49,126 bases of DNA from Eubacteriales bacterium (lineage in GTDB: Bacteria > Bacillota > Clostridia > Oscillospirales > QAKW01). The position numbers and the translations under genes were made by a program. The notes below the pieces were generated by a model, which did no database searches, was not told the origin of the DNA, and saw nothing but the letters and a program-made list of their open reading frames with translations. The DNA is taken from NCBI GenBank assembly GCA_045545315.1, contig JAZQAR010000071.1, forward strand, positions 1-49,126, given 5' to 3'. Of the stretch, positions 37,693 through 46,253 are shown piece by piece (within the stretch, counting starts at the first letter, position 1; every line of letters starts with the position of its first letter).

Positions 37693-38628
37693 TCAAAGCT
37701 CGGCAAAAAACGCACCCAGCTCTTTGAGGTACAGCGCCTGATCCACCGGGAAGGCCAGGCCGTGGCCGGCACCCGGGATCTTCACCAATTGCTTGCGGGC
37801 GGTGCAGGCGGCAAAGTTTTCCTCGCTCATCTCGCAGGGAACAAAATCGTCCTTATCGCCGTGAAAAAAGATCACCGGCAGGGCGCATTTTTCCATGGCC
37901 TCCAGGGGGGAGGTCTCCTCCGGGTCAAAGCCGCCGAAAAGGCGGGCACCCAGCCGTACGAAGGGATAAAGCAGGTCGGCGGGCAGGTGCATCTGGCGGA
38001 TCACCTTTTTGATGATGGCTTGGGCGCTGCTGTAGCCGCAGTCCGCCAAAATGCCCTTGACCTGGGGCGGCAGCTTTTCGGCGCCGGCCATCAGCACCGT
38101 GGCGGCCCCCATAGAGATGCCTGTCAGAATGATCCGCACCTCCGGGCCGAATTCTTGGATCATCAGCTCCAGCCAGCAAAGGCAATCCAGCCGTTCCTTG
38201 ATACCGAAGGTGATAACGTGCCCCTCGCTTTGACCGCAGCCTCGCTGATCCACGATCAGGGCACTGCGCCCGATGGCGAAGCAGCGCTGTACGCCCCCGC
38301 AAAGATCCCGCTCCGCATTGCCCCGATAGCCGTGGAACATCAGTTCAATGGGGGCGCCGGGGGCATATTCGTAATACTTGCCCTTCAGGATCAGGCCGTC
38401 CCGGGCGGTAACCGTATATTCCCGGCAGGGCAGAGCCCGGGTCTCCTTGATCCATTGGATCATCTGCTCCCGGTGGGGCTCGTAGATCTCCCCCGGGGGG
38501 ATGGGAAATTCCGGCGGGTTCTTTTCCGGCCGCCGATCGGCAAAAAAGGCCATCATAAAACAAATAAAGGAAATCGCCAATATTAAAAAAATCAGACCGG
38601 CCGCAAGGCCGATGATCCACCAAAGCAT
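37693..38628 (-). CDS. Membrane-anchored alpha/beta hydrolase
   Basis: N-terminal TM; FHGY, GISMG nucleophile, HGDKDDFVP, GAGH. Confidence 0.9.
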   Translation of the reverse strand: MLWWIIGLAAGLIFLILAISFICFMMAFFADRRPEKNPPEFPIPPGEIYEPHREQMIQWIKETRALPCREYTVTARDGLILKGKYYEYAPGAPIELMFHGYRGNAERDLCGGVQRCFAIGRSALIVDQRGCGQSEGHVITFGIKERLDCLCWLELMIQEFGPEVRIILTGISMGAATVLMAGAEKLPPQVKGILADCGYSSAQAIIKKVIRQMHLPADLLYPFVRLGARLFGGFDPEETSPLEAMEKCALPVIFFHGDKDDFVPCEMSEENFAACTARKQLVKIPGAGHGLAFPVDQALYLKELGAFFAEL

Positions 38629-38743
38629 TTTTTTCACCTCAAAAAGCAAGTATACCACCATCCGACAAGAATTGCAACTTGTTGAAAAAGGAAATATGTT
38701 GCTTTTATTTCGGATGTAGGGTAAACTATAGGGCAGGGGGATT

Positions 38744-40006
38744 ATGAATATGAACGTGAATTTTAAAAACCAAAAGCGGTACAGCACCGCCCATTATCCG
38801 ATCCGCCAGCCCTTGATCATCGTCTGGCTGATCTGGCTTCTTTCTCGCATCATGCTGATCGGCAAAAAGTATAAGATCGAAAAGGTCAATATGGAAGGGC
38901 TCAAGCCGCCCTATCTGCTGCTCAGCAACCATATGTATTTTATCGATTTTGAGCTGTGTGCCATGGGGACCTTGCCCCATCGGGTCAATAACGTGGTCAG
39001 CATCGACGGCTATTACCGTCGGCCTTGGCTGATGGAACTGATCGGCTCCATCGGTACCCGGAAATATACCAAGGATCTGCATCTGGTCAAATCCATCGGC
39101 AAGGTTTTGAAGCGGGGGGATATTCTCTCAATGTATCCCGAGGCCCGCTATTCGCCTGCGGGGATCACCTCCTATCTGCCGGAGGCCCTGGGCAAGATGA
39201 TCAAAATGAATAAGGTGCCGGTGGTGGTCGTTTTGCACCACGGCAACCATCTGCATACCCCCTTCTGGAACTGGCGCAAGCCCCGGAAGGTACCGATGCA
39301 TACCGTTTTCACCCAGATCCTCACCGCCGAGCAGGTGAAGGAGATGAGCGTGGAGGAGATCAACGCCGCTCTGAAGAAGGCCATGACCTATGACGAATAC
39401 CAATACCAAAAGGAAAAGGGTATTTTGATCACCGAGCCCTACCGGGCAGAGGGGCTGCATAAGATCCTGTATCAATGCCCCCATTGCGGCGCCGAAAGTA
39501 AGATGGCGTCCAAGGGTACGGAACTTTTTTGTACAGCCTGCGAAAAGAGATGGACTCTGAACGAGGACGGCAGCTTATCCGCCCTGGAGGGGGAGACGGA
39601 GTTTTCCCATATTCCCGATTGGTTCCTTTGGGAGCGGGAGCAGGTGGAAAAGCAGATCGACGAGGGGTGCTATTCCTTTGAGGACGAGGTGGAGGTCTAC
39701 GGCTTCCCCCGTTGCTGGCGTTTTTTACCCATGGGCAAGGGGAAGCTGACCCATCGACCCGGCGAGGGCTTCACCCTGACCGGCCATTATCGGGGCAAGG
39801 ATTACCGTATTGAGCGTCCCTCCCTTTTGCAAAACAGCCTGCATATCGAATACGATTATTGCTATATCAAGCCCTACGATTGCCTGGATATCTCCACCGA
39901 GCAGGATTCCTTCTATTGCTACCCCACCAAGCAAAACGTTATCACCAAGCTGGCCTTCGCTACCGAGATCTTATATGAGCGGGCACTGAAAGAGGCAAAA
40001 AAATAA
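38744..40006 (+). CDS. PlsC-like lysophospholipid acyltransferase with Zn-ribbon
   Basis: NHMYFID (HX4D), YPEA; CPHC...CTAC. Confidence 0.85.
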   Translation: MNMNVNFKNQKRYSTAHYPIRQPLIIVWLIWLLSRIMLIGKKYKIEKVNMEGLKPPYLLLSNHMYFIDFELCAMGTLPHRVNNVVSIDGYYRRPWLMELIGSIGTRKYTKDLHLVKSIGKVLKRGDILSMYPEARYSPAGITSYLPEALGKMIKMNKVPVVVVLHHGNHLHTPFWNWRKPRKVPMHTVFTQILTAEQVKEMSVEEINAALKKAMTYDEYQYQKEKGILITEPYRAEGLHKILYQCPHCGAESKMASKGTELFCTACEKRWTLNEDGSLSALEGETEFSHIPDWFLWEREQVEKQIDEGCYSFEDEVEVYGFPRCWRFLPMGKGKLTHRPGEGFTLTGHYRGKDYRIERPSLLQNSLHIEYDYCYIKPYDCLDISTEQDSFYCYPTKQNVITKLAFATEILYERALKEAKK

Positions 40007-40034
40007 AACGCCCAAGGCGTTTTTGAACCTTTAT

Positions 40035-40362
40035 AAAAAATGAATGACCCCCAACCGATGCACATCCGCAATCGAAGTTGGGGGTCATTTCTGTTCACTC
40101 TTGATATCTAACATCAAATTTAACCTCTCTTTCTTTGATTCAACCAACCTTCCCGATCCAAAGCTCTGTTTTGAACACTACCATCTCTTCCTACCGATTC
40201 TCCTAAGCGAGAACATCTATGATCCTGTTTGTTAACCTACACTTATACATTTGGAAGGCGGTTGTTGATTTGTTGCCGGTATTCTAAGCCCCGCGGCCTA
40301 CTCTGTACATTGGTATCACCCTTTCTTGTCTATAATATAGCATAAAAGTTTTCAAAAAACAA
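40035..40362 (-). ncRNA. Candidate stand-alone small RNA / micropeptide transcript
   Basis: Minus-strand TTGTTT-17-(TGc)TATATT promoter; RBS AAAGGGTGAT plus an 8-codon ORF; strong terminal hairpin 40043-40089 with T-run; no long ORF. Confidence 0.45.
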
Positions 40363-40512
40363 GCCGTAATATTGTATAAAATGTACGAATATTTTTTGGT
40401 AAAAGGGGAGAAATTGCTTCCAAAGGGCAAAAAAACGTTGACAAGGGGCTCTGGGTTCTGGTATACTGAATTTGTTGGTTGCCTTCGGCAACCATTTTTT
40501 TGCGTCCAATTA

Positions 40513-40552
40513 TCAACTTCCGGTTGACATTGAGGCATTCTTTTTATAAAAT
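40513..40552 (+). promoter_or_regulatory. sigma-A promoter of HTH-sdaA with TCAAC-n5-GTTGA palindrome over -35
   Basis: TTGACA (40524) -17 nt- TAAAAT (40547); inverted repeat at 40513-40527. Confidence 0.6.
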
Positions 40553-40580
40553 ATAGGAAGAATAAAATGAGGTGATCAAT

Positions 40581-42020
40581 ATGGCAATGGCAGATATCGG
40601 AAAACGGCTGAACGAGCTGCGCACCGAAGCGGGTCTTTCCCAAAAGGAACTGGGGGATCGGCTGGGAATCAGCAATCGGGCGGTCTCTAAATGGGAAAAA
40701 GGGCTTTCCTTACCCTCCATCGATAATTTAATGAAGCTGGCGGAGATCTTCCATATTACCATGGAGGAGCTTTTGACCCGCCCCTCGGAGGTGGCGGCAG
40801 AAAAGGAGCGCCCCAAGGGGATGGAATCCCTGCGGGAGCTTTACCGTATCGGGCGGGGACCCTCCAGCTCCCATACCATGGGGCCGGAAAAGGCCTGCCG
40901 TCTTTTTAAAGAGCGGTACCCGGAGGCCGATCGGTTCCGGGCGGTGCTTTACGGCTCCCTGGCCAAGACCGGCAAGGGGCACGGCACCGATTCGGTGATC
41001 CGCAAGACCCTGCAGCCCGCAGACTGCAAGGTGGAATTCGACCTTTTGACCGGGGATATGCCCCATCCCAATACCATGGAGCTGTTCGCTTATCGGGGGG
41101 ATGAGGAGCTGGGCAACGAGCGGTTTTACAGCGTTGGTGGCGGCCGGATCCTTTCGGAGGAGCAGACCGCCGAGCAGCCCCCCGTTCTCTATACCCTGAA
41201 AACCTTCCGGGAGATCGCTGAATACTGCGAATATAAGCAACTGCGCCTTTGGGAATACGTGGAAGAGGTGGAAGGTCGCGAGATCTGGGACTTTTTGGGT
41301 CGGATGTGGGATGCTATGAAGGCTTCCGTTATGAACGGCCTGCAGGACGAGGGTGTTTTGCCCGGCGGCCTGGAGGTGCAGAAGAAGGCACGGTATCTTT
41401 ATAACCTGCAGCATATCGACGAATCCCCCGCCACCCGGGAAAACCGGGAGGTCTCTTCCTATGCCTTTGCGGTCAGCGAACAGAATGCCTGCGGCGGTAT
41501 GATCGTCACGGCGCCCACCTGCGGTGCCTGCGGGGTGGTGCCGGCGGTTCTTTATTATCAGCAAAAAAAACAAGGGTTCAGCGACCGACAAATTTTGCAG
41601 GCCTTGGCGGTGGGCGGCCTCATCGGCAACCTGGTCAAGACCAACGCCTCCATCTCCGGGGCGGAATGCGGTTGCCAGGCCGAGATCGGTACCGCCTGCG
41701 CCATGGCTGCGGCTGCCTTGGGTGAATTATTCCAGCTTTCCTTGGAGAAGATCGAATACGCCGCCGAGGTGGCCATCGAGCACCACCTTGGCCTGACCTG
41801 TGACCCCATCAACGGGCTGGTGCAGATCCCTTGCATCGAGCGAAATGCGGTGGCGGCTATGCGTGCCATCAACGCCGTCAGCCTTTCCAGTTTCTTGAGC
41901 GGTTCCCGCAAGATCTCTTTGGATAAGGTGATCGTTGCTATGAAGGAGACCGGCCGGGATCTGGCCCGTCAGTATCGGGAAACCAGCGAAGGAGGCTTGG
42001 CTAAAATTGAACTTAAATAA
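40581..42020 (+). CDS. sdaA: Single-chain Fe-S L-serine ammonia-lyase with N-terminal XRE HTH
   Basis: aa 1-70 XRE (LSQKELGDRLGISNRAVSKWEKG); GRGPSSSHTMGP, TGKGHGTD, VTAPTCG, SGAECGCQAE, HHLGLTCDP, QIPCIERN. Confidence 0.92.
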   Translation: MAMADIGKRLNELRTEAGLSQKELGDRLGISNRAVSKWEKGLSLPSIDNLMKLAEIFHITMEELLTRPSEVAAEKERPKGMESLRELYRIGRGPSSSHTMGPEKACRLFKERYPEADRFRAVLYGSLAKTGKGHGTDSVIRKTLQPADCKVEFDLLTGDMPHPNTMELFAYRGDEELGNERFYSVGGGRILSEEQTAEQPPVLYTLKTFREIAEYCEYKQLRLWEYVEEVEGREIWDFLGRMWDAMKASVMNGLQDEGVLPGGLEVQKKARYLYNLQHIDESPATRENREVSSYAFAVSEQNACGGMIVTAPTCGACGVVPAVLYYQQKKQGFSDRQILQALAVGGLIGNLVKTNASISGAECGCQAEIGTACAMAAAALGELFQLSLEKIEYAAEVAIEHHLGLTCDPINGLVQIPCIERNAVAAMRAINAVSLSSFLSGSRKISLDKVIVAMKETGRDLARQYRETSEGGLAKIELK

Positions 42021-43389
42021 ATGGGATGCCCTGCATTTTTGCCCCGATGATGGCTTTTTTGGGGACCCCATGCCCACGTATCACGATGGGGTCTACCACG
42101 TGTACTACTGCAAACGCTATCGGAACGGCAAAACGGGCTGGGGGCATCTTTCCAGCCGGGATCTTTTGAATTGGGAGGTACACCCCGATCCCTTTGTCCC
42201 CGGGGCCACCACCAAGACCGGGTGTGTGCTTTGGGCAGAGGGGCGTTTTCACGCCTACTTTGTGGTAAAAAATGAAAAGGGTTGGGAGATGCGCCATTCC
42301 TCCAGCGAGGACGGGGAGCAATTCCCGATGCCCGGGGACTTTTGCTTTGCCCCGGATGAACGTTATGAAAATGGCAAGCTTTGGCGGGATCCTGCGGTGA
42401 TCTACGATGAAAAGGCGGGGCTTTACCGGATGGTCTTTTGCGCCAAATCGGCGGAACAGCCGGTGCCCAATTGTTTTGGGGGCGGGATCGGCTATGCTGA
42501 AAGCCGGGATCTGATCCAATGGGAATTGAAGGATCCCTTGGAACTGCCGGAGGTGGCCACCTCGGTGGAATGTCCGGAACTGTTCCCCTATGAAGATCGG
42601 TGGGTGCTGCTTTATTTTTGGCACGATACCCGTTTTCGCACTGCGGAATCTCCCTTGGGCCCCTGGGTGCGGGGGAAGGTCCTTTCTCCGGACGGTTTTA
42701 ACTTTTTGGCGGCACGTCGCCTTTTTGACGGAGAGCGGCAACTGCTGTTCGGCTGGATCTCCCGCAAGGATTGTGATTGTGCCCCCTATACCTGGGGCGG
42801 GAATATGCTGTTCCCCCGGGAACTGACCTTTGAGGAAGGAACGCCCAAAACCTGCTTTGCCCGGGAACTTTCGGAACTGTTCACATCAAAAGCGGATCAA
42901 AAAATGATTTCCTGCGCAGGGCAATGGAATCGGGTGGACGGCACGGTTGAGGGGTGTGCACCCATAGGCGGTGCCCTGGCTTGCTTTGAAGCGTTGCCGG
43001 AGCGGTTTTGCCTGAAGACGATCCTGCGTTTTTCAACAGATTATATGACTGCCGGCATTATTTTCGGCGGCAAGCCTGGCCACTCCGGCCGGGAGAATGA
43101 GATCCTGGACGACGGTTATATTCTGTATTATGAGCCCGCCGAGGGGATTTTGCGCCTGCGGGAGCATTACGAGTGGGATCAGCGACCGGATCTGGCGGTG
43201 ATTCCCATACAGACCGATGAACCTCGGTTGGTATCCTTGGAGATTCTTTGCAATAAAAACATAATGGAGATTTCCGTTAATCAGAGCCAGACAATGGTGT
43301 ACCGATCCTTTAAGAGCCTGGAAGGCGCTTTAGGACTTTTGGTGCAGGACGGCACCTGTAGATTTGAAAATTTTGAGATATTAATATAG
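42007..43389 (+). CDS. GH32-family glycoside hydrolase
   Basis: GDPMP, WGH.SS.DL.NW, WRDP and ECP catalytic motifs; C-terminal beta-sandwich. Confidence 0.85.
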   Translation: MNLNKWDALHFCPDDGFFGDPMPTYHDGVYHVYYCKRYRNGKTGWGHLSSRDLLNWEVHPDPFVPGATTKTGCVLWAEGRFHAYFVVKNEKGWEMRHSSSEDGEQFPMPGDFCFAPDERYENGKLWRDPAVIYDEKAGLYRMVFCAKSAEQPVPNCFGGGIGYAESRDLIQWELKDPLELPEVATSVECPELFPYEDRWVLLYFWHDTRFRTAESPLGPWVRGKVLSPDGFNFLAARRLFDGERQLLFGWISRKDCDCAPYTWGGNMLFPRELTFEEGTPKTCFARELSELFTSKADQKMISCAGQWNRVDGTVEGCAPIGGALACFEALPERFCLKTILRFSTDYMTAGIIFGGKPGHSGRENEILDDGYILYYEPAEGILRLREHYEWDQRPDLAVIPIQTDEPRLVSLEILCNKNIMEISVNQSQTMVYRSFKSLEGALGLLVQDGTCRFENFEILI

Positions 43390-43397
43390 AGGATACG

Positions 43398-44525
43398 ATG
43401 AAAAATTATTTGAACTATTCCTATGAACAATTAAAAAAATTCTGTGACGATGCCTTTGAAAAATTCGGTTTTTCCAAGGAAGAGGCGGGCATCATCACCG
43501 ACGTTTTGCTGCTGGCGGATCTGTTCGGCATTGAATCCCACGGCACTCAGCGGTTGGTGCGCTATCATAAAGATATCGCCAAGGGACTGATTCAGGTCGA
43601 CGGCAAGCCCGAGGTGGTGTTCGAGACCCCGGTTTCCGCCGTTATCGACGGTCACGACGGTATGGGCCAGATCATCGGCCATTATGCGATGAAACTGGCC
43701 ATCGAAAAGGCCAAAAAGAGCGGTATCGCCATGGTATCCGTGCGCAATTCCACCCATTACGGCATTGCCGGTTATTATACCAAGATGGCCTGTGACGAAG
43801 GGCTGATCGGCATCTCCACCACCAACACCACCGCCATTATGGTGCCTACCTACGGCCGTCAGGCCATGCTGGGCTCCAACCCTATTGCTTTTGCGGTGCC
43901 GGCAGAGCCCACTCCCTTCCTCTTTGATGCCTCCACCACCGTGGTGACCCGGGGCAAGCTGGAGGTCTATAATAAATTAGATAAACCCCTGCACGACGGC
44001 TGGGCCATCGATAGCACCGGCAACGAATCCACCGATGCGGAGCGGGTGCTGAACTGTATCATCCATAAGGAGGGGGGCGGCATCCTGCCCCTGGGTGGCT
44101 CCACCGAGGACAGCGGCAGCCATAAGGGCTACGGCTGGGGAATGGTGGCGGAGCTGTTCAGCTCCATCGTATCTCTGGGCACCACCTCCGATCAGACCAA
44201 CGTAGGCGGCAAGGGCGGTATCTGCCACGGCTTTATGGTCATTGATCCCAAGATTTTTGGGGATGCGGAGGCCATCAAGGGCCACCTTTCTGCTTATCTG
44301 GAGGCTCTGCGTAATTCGCCTAAGGCGGAAGGGCAGGCGCGGATCTATACCCACGGCGAAAAAGAGGTCGCCGCCATGGAGGATCGGATGAAGAACGGCA
44401 TCCAGGTCAACGTGAATACCGTGGCCGAGATGCGGGATCTGGCCCAATACCTGGAAATGGACGTGGTCGCCTATCTGGGCGAGGAAGCGCTCTCTATCAA
44501 AGGAAAAGAAAGCCTCTACCAATGA
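43398..44525 (+). CDS. Ldh_2-family (malate/L-lactate/ureidoglycolate-type) oxidoreductase
   Basis: GIESHG, NSTHYG, GSNPIA, D.STT, GSHKGYG motifs. Confidence 0.9.
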   Translation: MKNYLNYSYEQLKKFCDDAFEKFGFSKEEAGIITDVLLLADLFGIESHGTQRLVRYHKDIAKGLIQVDGKPEVVFETPVSAVIDGHDGMGQIIGHYAMKLAIEKAKKSGIAMVSVRNSTHYGIAGYYTKMACDEGLIGISTTNTTAIMVPTYGRQAMLGSNPIAFAVPAEPTPFLFDASTTVVTRGKLEVYNKLDKPLHDGWAIDSTGNESTDAERVLNCIIHKEGGGILPLGGSTEDSGSHKGYGWGMVAELFSSIVSLGTTSDQTNVGGKGGICHGFMVIDPKIFGDAEAIKGHLSAYLEALRNSPKAEGQARIYTHGEKEVAAMEDRMKNGIQVNVNTVAEMRDLAQYLEMDVVAYLGEEALSIKGKESLYQ

Positions 44526-44692
44526 TCAAAACTGCAGAGGAGAGGCGGTAGGGGCGACCATTGGTCGTCCGCCCGTTCCGTAATCAAACCTGCAAAGTGA
44601 GCAGGTAGGGGCGACCATTGGTCGTCCGCTCGTTCTGCAACCAAACCTCAAAGTGAGGAGAAAGGGGCGACCGGCGGTCGTCCGCTCCGTTA
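44526..44692. repeat. Three tandem ~57-bp units, each with a GTAG-type REP palindrome
   Basis: GTAGGGGCGACCATTGGTCGTCCGC at 44548 and 44605; degenerate AAGGGGCGACCGGCGGTCGTCCGC at 44662; the linkers are also similar. Confidence 0.8.
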
Positions 44693-44790
44693 AGGGTCAA
44701 TATTTCCCCTTTATTTTTCATATTCCCTATGATATACTATAAAATGTAAAGAACTCTTCTTATTATTTAGATAGAAAGAATGGTGATTGA

Positions 44791-46047
44791 ATGGATAAGA
44801 TCATCGTAAACGGCCCCTGTGTTCTGAACGGCGAGGTTGAGATCGCCGGCGGCAAAAATGCGGTGGTGGCCATTTTGCCGGCAACCATGCTGGTGGATGG
44901 CGTTTGCCGGATCGAAAACGTTCCCCACATCAGCGATGTGGATAACATCTGTAATATTCTGATCGCAATGGGCGCCAAGGTGCGCCACCCGGATCCCCGT
45001 ACCCTGGAGGTGGATTGCTCCCCGGTGCGGAGCAGCCAGGTGCCCTATGAATACGCCCGCAAGTTTCGGGCCTCCTATTACTTCCTGGGGGCACTTTTGG
45101 GACGGTTTGGTGAGGCCACCGTGGCGTTGCCCGGCGGGTGCCATTTGGGCGCACGTCCCATCGACCAGCATATCAAGGCCTTTGAACAGTTGGGTGCCAA
45201 GGTGGACGTGGAGCACGGCGACGTGATCTGTAAGGCCGAAAAGCTGGCAGCCAACGATATTTACCTGGATATGGTTTCGGTGGGTGCCACCATCAACGCT
45301 ATGCTGGCCGCCACCAAGGCCGAAGGGCTCACTGTTATTGAAAACGTGGCTAAGGAGCCCCATATCGTGGACGTGGCCAACTTTTTGAACTCCATGGGCG
45401 CCAATATCCGCGGTGCGGGTACCGACGTCATCAAGGTGGAGGGCGTTCCCCATCTGCGGGGCGGCTCCTATGCGGTGATCCCCGATCAGATCGAGGCCGG
45501 TACCTATATGGCGGCGGCGGCAGCCACCGGCGGGAAGGTGCTGATCAAAAACGTGATCCCCAAGCATCTAGAATGTATCTCTAATAAACTGGAAGAAATG
45601 GGTGTCGGCATCACCGAATACGACGACGCCATTTTGGTGGACGGCACCGGTCCTTTGAAAAAGACCAACGTGAAGACCATGCCCTATCCCGGCTTCCCCA
45701 CGGATATGCAGCCCCAGATCGCTACGGTGATGCTCCGTGCAGAGGGCACCAGCAAGATCAACGAGGGCGTTTGGGACAGTCGCTTTAAATACACCGAGGA
45801 GCTGAACCGGATGGGCGCCGAGATCGAGGTGGCCGGCAAGGTGGCCACCATCAACGGCGGGGTTCAGCTTTTGGGGGCACCGGTCAAGGCCTGCGATCTG
45901 CGGGCGGGCGCCGCTATGGTGATCGCCGGACTGATGGCCAAGGGAACCACCACCATTGAGGATATCGATCATATCCGCCGGGGCTACGAGCGGATCGTGG
46001 AAAAGTTTGCGGCCCTGGGTGCCGATATCCGGCTGGTGCTGGATTGA
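44791..46047 (+). CDS. murA: UDP-N-acetylglucosamine 1-carboxyvinyltransferase
   Basis: GGKNA, RASYY, LPGGCHLGARPIDQH (catalytic Cys), YPGFPTDMQ, DLRAGA. Confidence 0.97.
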   Translation: MDKIIVNGPCVLNGEVEIAGGKNAVVAILPATMLVDGVCRIENVPHISDVDNICNILIAMGAKVRHPDPRTLEVDCSPVRSSQVPYEYARKFRASYYFLGALLGRFGEATVALPGGCHLGARPIDQHIKAFEQLGAKVDVEHGDVICKAEKLAANDIYLDMVSVGATINAMLAATKAEGLTVIENVAKEPHIVDVANFLNSMGANIRGAGTDVIKVEGVPHLRGGSYAVIPDQIEAGTYMAAAAATGGKVLIKNVIPKHLECISNKLEEMGVGITEYDDAILVDGTGPLKKTNVKTMPYPGFPTDMQPQIATVMLRAEGTSKINEGVWDSRFKYTEELNRMGAEIEVAGKVATINGGVQLLGAPVKACDLRAGAAMVIAGLMAKGTTTIEDIDHIRRGYERIVEKFAALGADIRLVLD

Positions 46048-46253
46048 TTTTGACGAAAAAGTTCTGCTTTTTTAAGAATATTACACAAATTGTGCTAAAA
46101 AAGACACATAAAGTGGTGTGATTTTTCAAAAAGATTTGTTATAATGATACCAATAGTGGGTCATTCCCCCCATAATAGGGGGTTGGCCGATGGAAAAGAC
46201 CGCAAAATCTTTTCAAAAAAATTATGTTGGGATTAACATAAGGAGGTAAAATT

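Noticed and set aside
40140-40310. Amber (pyrrolysine) read-through of the in-frame micro-ORF chain
   Set aside because: Three TAG codons in under 60 codons, no pyl genes in view, normal TAG stops elsewhere, and no recognisable product.
44526-44692. Repeats considered as a mini CRISPR array
   Set aside because: The spacers resemble each other, the repeats have GTAG-REP form, and no cas gene or leader is present.
46051-46057. TGACGAA as a Spo0A box
   Set aside because: A single 7-mer, expected by chance in 49 kb.
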